Positions 18,692 to 27,955 of a DNA stretch of 64,000 nucleotides are shown here, piece by piece. Made by a program: the position numbers and the translations under genes. The notes beneath the pieces were generated by a model, which saw only the letters and a program-made list of their open reading frames with translations, had not been told where the DNA came from and did not search any database. Each line of letters opens with the position of its first letter. The first letter of the stretch is position 1. The DNA is from a virus (Duplodnaviria > Caudoviricetes). The stretch covers positions 36,896 through 100,895 of the IMG/VR virus record IMGVR_UViG_3300012983_000036, one strand, 5' to 3'.

Positions 18692-19137
18692 TGAGCTTAT
18701 TTTGGGGAAGAGATAATAATATAAGTATATATTCTAATTTAAAAGATTTAATAGATATGTTTTTTGCACAAAGACAATTATTTAATAGAGCGCATTCTAA
18801 TAATGAAGGAGATTTGGTTAATATGAAAATTTGGGTAGATGACCAGAGACCTACACCTGAAGGTTATAAAGGTTTTGATTCTACAAATGCAGCACTTAGA
18901 TTTATAGTGTCTAATATTGAAAAAATTTCAGTACTAGACCTTGACCACGATATGGGCTACTCTTTTGGTGGGGATTGCATAGTAATTATGAATGAACTTG
19001 AACGTCTTTCAAGAAGAAATACAGCTTTTGCAGAAAGCGTAGATAAAATAAAATTTAAATTTCATTCAATGAATCCTGTAGGTGTCCAAAACATGAGAAA
19101 TGTTTTGATACGAAATAACTGGACTGAGATTTTTTAA
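18691..19137 (+). CDS. cyclic-phosphate-processing receiver-like domain protein (alternative start 18823)
   Basis: MKIWVDDQRPTPEGY...LDLDHDMG...FHSMNPVGVQNM. Confidence 0.75.
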   Translation: MSLFWGRDNNISIYSNLKDLIDMFFAQRQLFNRAHSNNEGDLVNMKIWVDDQRPTPEGYKGFDSTNAALRFIVSNIEKISVLDLDHDMGYSFGGDCIVIMNELERLSRRNTAFAESVDKIKFKFHSMNPVGVQNMRNVLIRNNWTEIF

Positions 19138-19149
19138 GGAGGTTTTTTA

Positions 19150-19710
19150 ATGGATTTAGGTGCATATTTACAAATAGATGATTTAGGTAAGATTGCTGAA
19201 GCTAACAATATCAAAGTTCCTAGATTAAGAGGTTATCGTTTAACAAAAGACTGTGAACCATATACCCAAAAAGAAATTAAAAAGTTGTTAGAAGCATGTG
19301 AAGTTCGAGCTTGCGAAGAACTTTGTAGAACAAAGCCTTTCTGGGACCCAAAAGGTGATTTAATTGTTCATAATGCAGAAACTGACAAGCTTTGTAACTA
19401 TTTTCTTGTAAGCGATGAAGAAGACCCTACTACATATACTGCAGTGCGCTGGGATAAGCTTTCAGAAGACAAAAAAGCTATTCTTTTAGAACAGACTGAA
19501 GTTAGAAAAAATCAGATATTACATCAGTTTAATATGTGGAATAAATATGCAGGTAAAGAGGGTATCTTGTATATTCATGCTCGTATTGGTGGTGCAAATT
19601 GGGAATATTTTGACGGTCCTGAATTGGCTAAGCAGTCATGGTTTTTAGAGAGGTCTGATGACTGCTTTGACAACACATATTGTGATATTTATGCAAAAAT
19701 TAATATTTAA
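19150..19710 (+). CDS. conserved hypothetical phage protein
   Basis: MDLGAY..VPRLRG..LYIHARIGG..DD.FD.TYCDIYA. Confidence 0.8.
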   Translation: MDLGAYLQIDDLGKIAEANNIKVPRLRGYRLTKDCEPYTQKEIKKLLEACEVRACEELCRTKPFWDPKGDLIVHNAETDKLCNYFLVSDEEDPTTYTAVRWDKLSEDKKAILLEQTEVRKNQILHQFNMWNKYAGKEGILYIHARIGGANWEYFDGPELAKQSWFLERSDDCFDNTYCDIYAKINI

Positions 19711-19724
19711 TTAGGTGAATTATT

Positions 19725-20012
19725 ATGATTATTTGTGCAGCTTTAGAAATTCAAGTTGAGGGCTTGCCTTATACTTCAATTCTTCCTTGTTGGCGACATG
19801 GAAAGGGCTATGAAATATTAAGGGACCTTGGATATCAAGCGCAGAAAAAATATAAAGTAGTAGCTGAAGGCTTTATTAATCATAAAGGTGAGTTTCTTAA
19901 TAGAACAGAAGCTTTTAAGCACATAAAAGATTGTGGTCAATGTACAGCTACTCAAAGATATTATTGGGAAGACCATAATCAATCAGAATTGTATTCAGAA
20001 GATTTATATTAG
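19725..20012 (+). CDS. conserved hypothetical phage protein
   Basis: RH...EGF...F..R.EA...GQ...LYSEDLY. Confidence 0.75.
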   Translation: MIICAALEIQVEGLPYTSILPCWRHGKGYEILRDLGYQAQKKYKVVAEGFINHKGEFLNRTEAFKHIKDCGQCTATQRYYWEDHNQSELYSEDLY

Positions 20013-20023
20013 GAGTGAGATAG

Positions 20024-20341
20024 ATGCCTTTTTATTTTGAATCTGATATACCTAAGCATAAAAAGAAATCTAAGGCAAAAGGACAGCCTAGAGCAAATCA
20101 TAAACATAAGTATATTGAAGTTGCTTTGCATACTACTTGGCAGGGACCTTATATAAGAAAGCATACTACAGTATCAAAAGCCAAAGTTTGTGAGATTTGT
20201 GGTCGAGTAAAAGAAAATGATTGGTTCGGAGTAAAACTGCAACGAGAAGGTCTTACTGTTGAAGAGCTTATTAAAAACTATCCAAGTTGGTATTTAAATG
20301 ACCTTATGGATAAATTTGCATATAAAAAAGAGGAGAGCTAA
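20024..20341 (+). CDS. hypothetical protein
   Basis: HKHKY...CEICGR. Confidence 0.7.
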   Translation: MPFYFESDIPKHKKKSKAKGQPRANHKHKYIEVALHTTWQGPYIRKHTTVSKAKVCEICGRVKENDWFGVKLQREGLTVEELIKNYPSWYLNDLMDKFAYKKEES

Positions 20342-20343
20342 TT

Positions 20344-20628
20344 ATGACTTTATTTAAAGCATTTTTGATTATTGCAATAACACTATTAGTGCTATTTATG
20401 ACTCTTTGGGAATTTTCTAGAGCTTCAAAAGCTAAACCGGATCTTACTCCTAGATATTTTTATAAAGAAAAAAATTTTAATTGGCCAGGTGCTTGGATTA
20501 CTTTTATAGCTTTAAGTATTATTAGTCCTTTTTGCTTCTTAATTAAAAGTTGTGAAGCTATTTATTGTTTTATTATTTGGTTATTTACCTTAGGCAGAGA
20601 GCCGAAAGATGAATCAAGGGAGCCTTAA
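20344..20628 (+). CDS. small membrane protein
   Basis: Hydrophobic segments; similar layout to 1013-1267. Confidence 0.7.
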   Translation: MTLFKAFLIIAITLLVLFMTLWEFSRASKAKPDLTPRYFYKEKNFNWPGAWITFIALSIISPFCFLIKSCEAIYCFIIWLFTLGREPKDESREP

Positions 20629-20629
20629 T

Positions 20630-20884
20630 ATGAGTTTAAAAAAGAAAAAATGTGTAGCATATATGACTTGTCAGAATGGTAATGAAGGTTGTTATACACG
20701 TGAGCCTGAAAAGTGTGTTAGATTTTTGCCGGTAAAGGGTACTAATTTAACTAAGTTATCTTATGTTATTGAAACTCCTCCTCATATTGATTGGGAAGCT
20801 TGTTCAGATATGTTTGGTAACTGGGTTGACAGCTTAGGCTGGAAAATGTGTGGTTACTCAGAAAAAGTAGAAAATGAAGAATAA
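20630..20884 (+). CDS. hypothetical protein
   Basis: GGGAG RBS before ATG 20630. Confidence 0.65.
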   Translation: MSLKKKKCVAYMTCQNGNEGCYTREPEKCVRFLPVKGTNLTKLSYVIETPPHIDWEACSDMFGNWVDSLGWKMCGYSEKVENEE

Positions 20885-21035
20885 TAATTTTTCTAGAGTC
20901 ACAGTAAAAGAATGCTCATACTGTGACTATCTTACTTGTCGTAAAAATAAAAAATGTAAGTGGTATAAGCACTATATAAAATCTATAGGAAATACTAAAA
21001 GGAAAAGGTGGACAAAGAATTATGTCGAGTACTGA
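20874..21035 (+). CDS. small basic Cys-containing protein (53 aa, not in ORF track)
   Basis: MKNNNFSRVTVKECSYCDYLTC...; overlaps both neighbours. Confidence 0.5.
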   Translation: MKNNNFSRVTVKECSYCDYLTCRKNKKCKWYKHYIKSIGNTKRKRWTKNYVEY

Positions 21036-21282
21036 TTTTTCAAAAATAAAAGATTTTTATAATATTGTGCCTGTTTCAGACGGTTTTCATTATTTGTGTA
21101 AAGATGCTGACGGTAATTATTTTAAACATCATAAAGCCGAAGAAGAAGTTAGAGAACACTTAATTTTTAAAACATCAGAGGCAGCCCAGGATTATATAAA
21201 TAGATATTTAGATCCTATTGAATATAAACCTGAGATTTTTGGTTATCGAGTTGATTATTTGATTGCCGAAGTGCTTGATTGA
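21022..21282 (+). CDS. hypothetical protein
   Basis: AAGGTGG RBS. Confidence 0.65.
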   Translation: MSSTDFSKIKDFYNIVPVSDGFHYLCKDADGNYFKHHKAEEEVREHLIFKTSEAAQDYINRYLDPIEYKPEIFGYRVDYLIAEVLD

Positions 21283-21563
21283 GGAGGAAAACTATGAAAG
21301 ACTTTTCAGTAGAGTTTTCTACTATCTCGCCAAAACCTGGAGATGTAATAATAGCTAAGTATAAAAATATTAGAGAAGCGAAAGCTGAAAATTTACAACA
21401 TCAATATAATTGTTTTAGGAAGGCTTTTCCTAATAATACTCTTTTATTTCTGCCTGATTTTATTGAATTAGAAAAAGGTAGCAAAGAATCTTTAATTAAT
21501 ATTGTAAAAAGAATTAATAGTATTATTGCTGATATGGACAACTATGAAGACGAGGTGGATTAA
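21279..21563 (+). CDS. hypothetical protein (probable start 21294)
   Basis: GAGGAGG RBS before ATG 21294. Confidence 0.65.
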   Translation: MRRKTMKDFSVEFSTISPKPGDVIIAKYKNIREAKAENLQHQYNCFRKAFPNNTLLFLPDFIELEKGSKESLINIVKRINSIIADMDNYEDEVD

Positions 21564-21775
21564 TGGAACGTATTCAAAAAACTTGTAATTCTTGTGGTGG
21601 CGTAGGTCATATAACTTATTACAAAGTTACTTCAGAAGATCCCGATAGTGATAGAGGAATTGCACAAGAGGTTGTAGAAGAATGTTCAGTTTGTGGTGGT
21701 AAGGGTTGGAAAGAATATGCACTTTTTACTATTGAAGAAGCCGAAGCTTTAATAAGATTAGTATTAAAAGATTAA
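21563..21775 (+). CDS. DnaJ-like CxxCxGxG Zn-finger protein
   Basis: CNSCGGVG...CSVCGGKG. Confidence 0.75.
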   Translation: MERIQKTCNSCGGVGHITYYKVTSEDPDSDRGIAQEVVEECSVCGGKGWKEYALFTIEEAEALIRLVLKD

Positions 21776-21796
21776 TTAGAGGAGTATATATTAGTT

Positions 21797-22219
21797 ATGA
21801 TGTTTACAAGTAATCAAGTTTTGGAACTTAGCGGTTCTTTAGATCAAGTACAGGCAGCCATTGAATTTGCTTTTAATTATTCAGGGTATCAAAAAAGTTT
21901 TACTCGGAAGGACTCACCAGCAAAGTGCACTTATCAAATAACAGATGATGGTCGTTATTGTTTAGGCTGGTCTTATGGGTCCCTTGAAGAAGGCTGGAAT
22001 GAATTTCCTTTTGATTTTGATGTAGGTATTATTGCTCTCATAGTTAAACAACATTTAGAAAAGCAAAAGATTTCTTATACTGACTACGATGGTAGCCATG
22101 CGAAAGGTTTTTTAATGAGAGTTATAGAAGATTCTTTTAGTCTCGAAAAACCTAATATAAAAAGTCCTTTTTGGGGAATTGTTGAGTTTAGTCCATTTAC
22201 ATGCTTTTATGCAAAATAA
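21797..22219 (+). CDS. hypothetical protein
   Basis: GAGGAG RBS. Confidence 0.75.
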   Translation: MMFTSNQVLELSGSLDQVQAAIEFAFNYSGYQKSFTRKDSPAKCTYQITDDGRYCLGWSYGSLEEGWNEFPFDFDVGIIALIVKQHLEKQKISYTDYDGSHAKGFLMRVIEDSFSLEKPNIKSPFWGIVEFSPFTCFYAK

Positions 22220-22237
22220 TTAAAATAGGAGGATCTA

Positions 22238-22420
22238 ATGTTTAAAACTAATGAATCCTGTGATTTTGAACTTTGTACTTATTATAAAACAAATAAATGT
22301 GTAGCACCTGAGAGTGTTAAACAATCTTGCAAATATTGCAATAGAATGAAAATGGTTTTATATTATATAAATTCAGCTACTAACAGTTTAAACTCTTTAC
22401 AAGCGTTATTCAAAGACTAG
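22238..22420 (+). CDS. small Cys-rich protein
   Basis: AGGAGG RBS. Confidence 0.65.
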   Translation: MFKTNESCDFELCTYYKTNKCVAPESVKQSCKYCNRMKMVLYYINSATNSLNSLQALFKD

Positions 22421-22433
22421 GAGGTAAGCTTTA

Positions 22434-22571
22434 ATGAGAACACCTGAAGAAGTCATTAAACTTTTAAGGTCTTATGAAGATATTTTTTGTGGTAAATATT
22501 TAATGTTAGAGGCTGCGGATATTATTGAAAAGCTACTAGCCGAAAATCAAATTTTAAAAAGTAAAGAATAG
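22434..22571 (+). CDS. small hypothetical protein (45 aa, not in ORF track)
   Basis: MRTPEEVIKLL..EAADIIEKL; AGGAGG RBS. Confidence 0.65.
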   Translation: MRTPEEVIKLLRSYEDIFCGKYLMLEAADIIEKLLAENQILKSKE

Positions 22572-22582
22572 TGGAGATGATT

Positions 22583-23284
22583 ATGAGCTGTCAATTTTAT
22601 AGTTCTGATAAAACATGTTTAAAATGTATGAATGCAACTACTAAATGTTCCTGCGAGGGCAAAGAGATTAAATGTAGTTTTTTTCCCAAAATAAGATTGG
22701 ATGCTGAAAGCCAAGAGCCTCTATTGATTGAAACACATATTAAAAATCCAATACTATCTGAGCTTGTTCAGGAGTTAAAAGCTAAATATGGCTGTATTAT
22801 TAGTAATGATGGTTATATGATAACCACTAAAAATAAAAATACTTGGTTTTCTCCTAAAGCTATTATATCGCTAATTTGTGAGTTAGATAATCACTTAGAT
22901 GAACTTGATTCCGAACGAGAGCTTCTTGATGCCAAATGTAGTATTCAGTCATATAAAAATAAGTATAAAAGTGCATTTGACCAGGTAAAAAGTCTACAGC
23001 AGGTAATAGAAGATAAGGATATTGAGATCTTAAAGTTAAAAGAAGAATGTAATAGACTTTCTCTTTTAAATAATATTGTCGACTCTGAAAAAGATGCTTG
23101 TGTAGCATTTGCTCAATTGGCTTTAGGGAAAGCTAAGTTAGAGGGAATGCGAGAGCTAGTAGAACAAATTACAACAAAAGCTGACTTAGTACGAGTAAAT
23201 GCTTTTGATAGTAAGTGGGCTATTAGTGATGCAGAACTTGACGGTTTTATTAAAGACCTTGCACAAGAAGTCTATAATAGTTAA
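22583..23284 (+). CDS. mosaic hypothetical protein (Cys-rich N-terminus, coiled coil)
   Basis: GGAG RBS; long ORF. Confidence 0.7.
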   Translation: MSCQFYSSDKTCLKCMNATTKCSCEGKEIKCSFFPKIRLDAESQEPLLIETHIKNPILSELVQELKAKYGCIISNDGYMITTKNKNTWFSPKAIISLICELDNHLDELDSERELLDAKCSIQSYKNKYKSAFDQVKSLQQVIEDKDIEILKLKEECNRLSLLNNIVDSEKDACVAFAQLALGKAKLEGMRELVEQITTKADLVRVNAFDSKWAISDAELDGFIKDLAQEVYNS

Positions 23285-23317
23285 TCAATAAATATTACTG
23301 AAATAAATTAAAAGGAT

Positions 23318-23500
23318 ATGACAAATATGTTAGATATTAAAAAACTTGATGATATAGATATTTATGTTTCTAATGAAGCCACTAAGATGCAGAATTTGAA
23401 GCAAACTGAGTTAAATGCCTACATGAAAGGCTTCAGAGAAGGTGCTGAGATGATGTATAAAAATATTAGAGCAGCACTTTTAAATAAAGCTGAAAAATGA
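23318..23500 (+). CDS. hypothetical protein
   Basis: AAGGA RBS. Confidence 0.6.
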   Translation: MTNMLDIKKLDDIDIYVSNEATKMQNLKQTELNAYMKGFREGAEMMYKNIRAALLNKAEK

Positions 23501-23522
23501 TTTAATTAGGAGTAATTTTAAA

Positions 23523-24083
23523 ATGTCTTTTAATTATGATAAGTTATCTGAACGTCAAAAAAATTTTTATAAAATATATAATGAGTTTCCATTTTTACTA
23601 CCACGAGATTCTAAAGGTAATATACGAACTGACTTTGATTGTACAAATCTCCAGTTAGAAATTCCTCCAGGTTGGTATAAATTGTTTTTGCAGATGTGTC
23701 ATGATATTAAACTTATTTTAGTTGAAGAAAATTTATTAGATAAATTTTACTTTTTACAGGTAAAAGAAAAATTTAATAAGCTTTGTTGTTATACTCAAAA
23801 TTCTTCTGTAAAAATAGATCAAATAATAAGTAAATATGAACATATGGCTCAATATGTTTGTGTTGTATGTGGGCGTCCAGCTACATATGAAACTCATAGC
23901 TATATTGCTTCTTTTTGTGATTATTGTTGGAAAGATCGAGTTAGACATGATATAGGTGAATGGATTACTTTTAAACCTTATTTCATTATTAACTCTGAAA
24001 CCGAGGGAGTACACTGTGATGAAAAACATATCTCTTTCCAAGACGAGTGGAATCGTTATTTAAGTAAGGAGACCTTACTATGA
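23523..24083 (+). CDS. conserved phage protein (GW...QVKEKF...CxxCG family)
   Basis: PPGWYKL...QVKEKFNKL...CVVCGRPA...CDYC. Confidence 0.8.
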   Translation: MSFNYDKLSERQKNFYKIYNEFPFLLPRDSKGNIRTDFDCTNLQLEIPPGWYKLFLQMCHDIKLILVEENLLDKFYFLQVKEKFNKLCCYTQNSSVKIDQIISKYEHMAQYVCVVCGRPATYETHSYIASFCDYCWKDRVRHDIGEWITFKPYFIINSETEGVHCDEKHISFQDEWNRYLSKETLL

Positions 24084-24391
24084 CACAGTTTGAAAACTTT
24101 ATGTCTTTAAATATTGATCAGCTAACTGATTGGCTTGCACGATATAGTAATTTTGATGATTCACCTTGGATGCAATGGTGGGATAGCACGTATTGTAAAA
24201 ATTGTGAAAGTCTAGAGGTTGCTTATGAAGATTTAGGTATGCAGAGTTATTTTGGAAGCCAACGAAAAGCTAAATGTGCTTATTGTGAAGTTCACCAAAA
24301 CTGCAAATATTTTCCAAATCTATTAGACATTCCAGATGATAAAGAAATTATTAAAATGTGGTTAAATACTCAATATTTAGACAGGAGGTGA
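24080..24391 (+). CDS. hypothetical Cys-containing protein
   Basis: ATGA overlap, AAGGAG RBS. Confidence 0.75.
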   Translation: MTQFENFMSLNIDQLTDWLARYSNFDDSPWMQWWDSTYCKNCESLEVAYEDLGMQSYFGSQRKAKCAYCEVHQNCKYFPNLLDIPDDKEIIKMWLNTQYLDRR

Positions 24392-24396
24392 TTTTA

Positions 24397-24720
24397 ATGG
24401 TTTGTATGCGTTGTGGAGCTTCCATGAGTGGTACTACAGGGGGACATTATATTTGTTCTAAATGTGGATTTAGCATTAATGATTTAGTCTATAGACCTTC
24501 TACTTGTGAAATGCCTGTGCCTCAAGCCTTTGGAATAGATAAAGGTTGGATATGCCCCGTATGTGGTCGTGGATTAGCTCCCTGGGTTAGCACTTGTCCT
24601 TGTAAGAATAGTGATTTAACAATTACTTACAGTACAAAGTTAACAAGTAAAGATATTAGTCAAGATTCAAATATCAGAAATCATAACTATTTTAGTTTAG
24701 TTAATGATCGAGAGGAGTGA
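24397..24720 (+). CDS. double Zn-ribbon protein
   Basis: CMRCG..CSKCG; GWICPVCGRGLAPWVSTCPC. Confidence 0.75.
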   Translation: MVCMRCGASMSGTTGGHYICSKCGFSINDLVYRPSTCEMPVPQAFGIDKGWICPVCGRGLAPWVSTCPCKNSDLTITYSTKLTSKDISQDSNIRNHNYFSLVNDREE

Positions 24721-24726
24721 GCTACA

Positions 24727-25032
24727 ATTAGCGGTGGACATTTTAATTATCAAGACCAATCATTAAAAAATGAAATTTTTGACTATTCAAGTGCTCCTAT
24801 TAATGTTTTCAATGACCTTGAGATTAGCGAGCTTGTTTGGGATGTTTTTGAACTAATTCATTATTTTGATTGGTATAAGTCTGGTGACACCTCTGAGACT
24901 ACTTATAATGAAAAACAAAAGTTATTTAAAGACAAATGGTTAAAAGCCTCTAGGGTAGACCGAACCAAAGCTATTATTGATAAGGCTTTAGAACGAACTA
25001 AAGCCGACCTGTATAAAACTTTTTTAGATTAA
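24727..25032 (+). CDS. conserved phage protein (SGGHFNY...DWYKSGD) with probable ATT start; not in ORF track
   Basis: 101-codon open frame fills the gap; GAGGAG 9 nt before ATT; no in-frame ATG/GTG/TTG seen near the 5' end. Confidence 0.7.
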   Translation: MSGGHFNYQDQSLKNEIFDYSSAPINVFNDLEISELVWDVFELIHYFDWYKSGDTSETTYNEKQKLFKDKWLKASRVDRTKAIIDKALERTKADLYKTFLD

Positions 25033-25039
25033 ACATTAA

Positions 25040-25091
25040 ATAAAAGCTAGAAATTAACTATTTTTAGGTAATTTCTAGCTTTTATCTTTTT
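25040..25091 (+). terminator. intrinsic terminator
   Basis: ATAAAAGCTAGAAATTA/TAATTTCTAGCTTTTAT 17-bp inverted repeat. Confidence 0.75.
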
Positions 25092-25117
25092 AAGTGCAAG
25101 AATTATAAGAAATAAAA

Positions 25118-25126
25118 TGTATAATA
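25118..25126 (+). promoter_or_regulatory. class A promoter-like motif
   Basis: TGTATAATA. Confidence 0.6.
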
Positions 25127-25162
25127 AATAGTAGTATAAATTTATTTTGGAGTTGATTTAAA

Positions 25163-25369
25163 GTGAATAATGAAGAGCGTATTATAAGACTTAGAACATC
25201 TAGAGATAATTTAATTTTACTATCTGAGGACTTAATTTCGCGAGCAAATAAAAACTTTAAGGAGTCTTCTGCTATAAATGCTCCAGATTTAGATTTTATT
25301 TCTTCAGTAGTAGGGGCTATTCGAGAACTAACTGAGATAATTAACTCAGAAACGAGGTCGAAAGTATGA
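25163..25369 (+). CDS. hypothetical protein
   Basis: GTG start, GGAG RBS. Confidence 0.6.
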   Translation: MNNEERIIRLRTSRDNLILLSEDLISRANKNFKESSAINAPDLDFISSVVGAIRELTEIINSETRSKV

Positions 25370-25575
25370 TAAAAGATTTTATTAACCAGTTACAACAATT
25401 AGTTAAGCATTCTATTGAGCTTGCAATAGAAAAACGTTGGTTAAAGCTTATTGATAAAGAATGTAATAAGTATAACAAGCTTTCTAAAGAACTGGAGGCA
25501 CAAAATATTTTAGTCAATCTTTTAATAGACCAATATAAATTAATATATAAGAAAGATTTGAGGAATCCTAAATGA
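25366..25575 (+). CDS. hypothetical protein
   Basis: ATGA coupling. Confidence 0.65.
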   Translation: MIKDFINQLQQLVKHSIELAIEKRWLKLIDKECNKYNKLSKELEAQNILVNLLIDQYKLIYKKDLRNPK

Positions 25576-25979
25576 GTAATATATCTAGATATTCTGAATT
25601 ATTGAAATTAGTGCAAGAAAACCCTACCTTACCTGTAGTTCCTTTGGTTGATAGTGAAATTGTTTTTGATGATGGTTATTGTCGTTGGCTAGGGCAGTTC
25701 GGAGATAGCTATTCTGGAGAATATACAGCTTATAAAGACCGATATTATACAGATCGAGATAGCTTCAAAGAACGTTATTATGATGATAACTGTGATGAGC
25801 TTTGTGAAAAATTTAATTATTCACCTTGTATTTGCTTGGAAAATGCCTTTAACACTTATACAGCTGAGCAGATTGAACTAAATAAGAAAAATGAACAGAA
25901 ACTTGAAGCTTATTTAGATAAGGTAGCAGAAGAATATTTTATTAAAGCTATTATAGTCAATATAGACTGTCTTTCTTAA
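25572..25979 (+). CDS. conserved hypothetical phage protein
   Basis: LVQENPTLPVVPLVDSEIV..W.G. Confidence 0.75.
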   Translation: MSNISRYSELLKLVQENPTLPVVPLVDSEIVFDDGYCRWLGQFGDSYSGEYTAYKDRYYTDRDSFKERYYDDNCDELCEKFNYSPCICLENAFNTYTAEQIELNKKNEQKLEAYLDKVAEEYFIKAIIVNIDCLS

Positions 25980-25989
25980 GGAGTTTAAT

Positions 25990-26808
25990 ATGGGAAAAAT
26001 TTTTTATATTAGTGATTTACATATTAGTCATAAAAATTGTATCAGTTTTGACAATAGACCTTTCACGTCAATTAAAGATATGGATGAAGCCATTATTAAA
26101 AATTGGAATAACACTGTTACAGATGAGGACACTGTATATATTTTGGGGGATATGTTTTGGTGTAATACACAGAAAGCTATCGAAATACTTAAAAGCTTAA
26201 AAGGCACTAAAATACTGATAAAAGGAAATCATGATGATTGTCGTGATGCTGAATTTCGTAGCTATTTTAAGTACATAAAAGATATGGATGAGGTCTATGA
26301 TAATGGACGAAAAGTAATTTTGTGTCACTATCCGATTCCTTGTTTTAAAAATCATTTTTATGGCTGGTTCCATCTATGTGGACATACTCATATCAGTTTT
26401 GAACATAATATGATGGAAAATGATAAATTTGAAATAAAGGCTTTATATGATAGACCTTGTAATATGTATAATGTAGGTTGTATGCACCCTTGGATGAACT
26501 ATACACCTAGAACGCTCAGTGAGATTATTTCAGGTTACGAACAATATTTAGCTAGCACAAAATCAGAGGAGCAAGTTGAAGCAGGCGGTTTACGCCCTTG
26601 CCCTTATTGTGGTGGCTCTGATATTAGGTATTCTATAAAATCAACAACTTTACAATTTAAAAAAGCATATCATGCATCGATGTACTGTTGGGACTGTAAT
26701 TCATATGGTCCAAGAGTTTTATATAAGAGCGATGAGCATAGATATGACGTAGAACATAATGAAAATCTTAGAAAACAAGCAGAAAGCTTATGGAATAGGA
26801 GAGACTAA
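25990..26808 (+). CDS. calcineurin-like metallophosphoesterase fused to Lar-type Zn-ribbon
   Basis: SDLH, LGD, GNHD, CHYP, GHTH; C-terminal LRPCPYCGG..CWDC..WNRR. Confidence 0.88.
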   Translation: MGKIFYISDLHISHKNCISFDNRPFTSIKDMDEAIIKNWNNTVTDEDTVYILGDMFWCNTQKAIEILKSLKGTKILIKGNHDDCRDAEFRSYFKYIKDMDEVYDNGRKVILCHYPIPCFKNHFYGWFHLCGHTHISFEHNMMENDKFEIKALYDRPCNMYNVGCMHPWMNYTPRTLSEIISGYEQYLASTKSEEQVEAGGLRPCPYCGGSDIRYSIKSTTLQFKKAYHASMYCWDCNSYGPRVLYKSDEHRYDVEHNENLRKQAESLWNRRD

Positions 26809-26809
26809 T

Positions 26810-27337
26810 ATGAGTGAACAAGAAAAAATCTTTTTATATGCGGCCCGAGATACGGTTACTGGCAAGCTAGTTTCAGATATTACAAATCCCAGAAGAAAGT
26901 ATTGGGATAAAAAAGGTAATGCTGAGAACGCTATTAATTATTATAATAAATCTGCTGTTGGCTTAGACCCTAATTTAATTTTCAATAGGAATAAGGGTAA
27001 ACATAATCTGCTTGAATTAGTTACTTTTGAATTAGTAGAGATTAATAAAATAGAAAATGATACAAAAAGTATAGAAACCCTAGAAATAAAAAATCAGTTT
27101 CCAGTTCAAGTAGGTGATGTACTTTGGTACATTGAAGGTCGTTATTATAATTCTCAAGCATTAAAACCAAAAGCTGTTACAGTTACCGAAATTAATCAGA
27201 AAAAAGTACGTGGTAAGGTGGTATGGGCCTTTATTGCTTGTGGTACTCGGTATTCTTTTGATAGCATTGGTAAAATAATTTTCCGTACTGAAAAAGAAGC
27301 CGAAGATTACATAAAGCTGTTAAAAATAAAAAATTAA
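26810..27337 (+). CDS. two-module protein with paralogue-family C-terminus
   Basis: FPVQVGDVLWYI...IGKIIFRTEKEAE. Confidence 0.7.
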   Translation: MSEQEKIFLYAARDTVTGKLVSDITNPRRKYWDKKGNAENAINYYNKSAVGLDPNLIFNRNKGKHNLLELVTFELVEINKIENDTKSIETLEIKNQFPVQVGDVLWYIEGRYYNSQALKPKAVTVTEINQKKVRGKVVWAFIACGTRYSFDSIGKIIFRTEKEAEDYIKLLKIKN

Positions 27338-27353
27338 AATAGGAGAACAGTAA

Positions 27354-27662
27354 ATGAACTCTTTAGAAATAGCACAAGAAATTAATTTTATTAATAAAAA
27401 GCTTGAATATCTTATACTACAAGATCCTGAAAATCCTGCAATATATTTTTTAAAAGGTAGGCTTTCATTGTTACCAGAGCTTCAAACAAAAACACGAATA
27501 CTTGAAGACCGTGATAACATACCTTTACTTAGTCTTCCAAAGACTGAGTCTGAGCTTAAATCTGAACTTGAAACTATTAAAAGTATATTAAGTACCAAAA
27601 TAGCTGATATAGAAACTTTAAGTATGATTTATAACCCTAAAGATTGGCGAGGTGAATATTAA
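27354..27662 (+). CDS. hypothetical protein
   Basis: AGGAG RBS. Confidence 0.7.
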   Translation: MNSLEIAQEINFINKKLEYLILQDPENPAIYFLKGRLSLLPELQTKTRILEDRDNIPLLSLPKTESELKSELETIKSILSTKIADIETLSMIYNPKDWRGEY

Positions 27663-27941
27663 ATGTTAAAACTAGCAGATAAAAGACTTTCAAAATTAGG
27701 CTTTAAGAAGATAAAAGAAAATGAATATGGAGCTTTATATGAACGTTATATTAATGAGTTTAAGTATACTCAAGTGCTTCATATAGCTTCTAAAGAAAGT
27801 GGCTACCATCTTATTATGTCTTATGATAAAGATTTATTTGATAAAAACTTTATTGGTAATGTAGGAGTTGGATTAACTCTTTATGAAGCTAAAATAGCTT
27901 TACGAAAAGCTAAAGAACTTGGTTTTAAGATTAAAAAGTAA
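27663..27941 (+). CDS. hypothetical protein
   Basis: GAGGTG RBS. Confidence 0.7.
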   Translation: MLKLADKRLSKLGFKKIKENEYGALYERYINEFKYTQVLHIASKESGYHLIMSYDKDLFDKNFIGNVGVGLTLYEAKIALRKAKELGFKIKK

Positions 27942-27955
27942 AGTGAGGTTTTTAT

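Noticed and set aside
20897-20928. 10-bp inverted repeat AGTCACAGTA/TACTGTGACT as a terminator
   Set aside because: 12-nt loop, no T tract, and it lies inside a plausible 53-aa ORF
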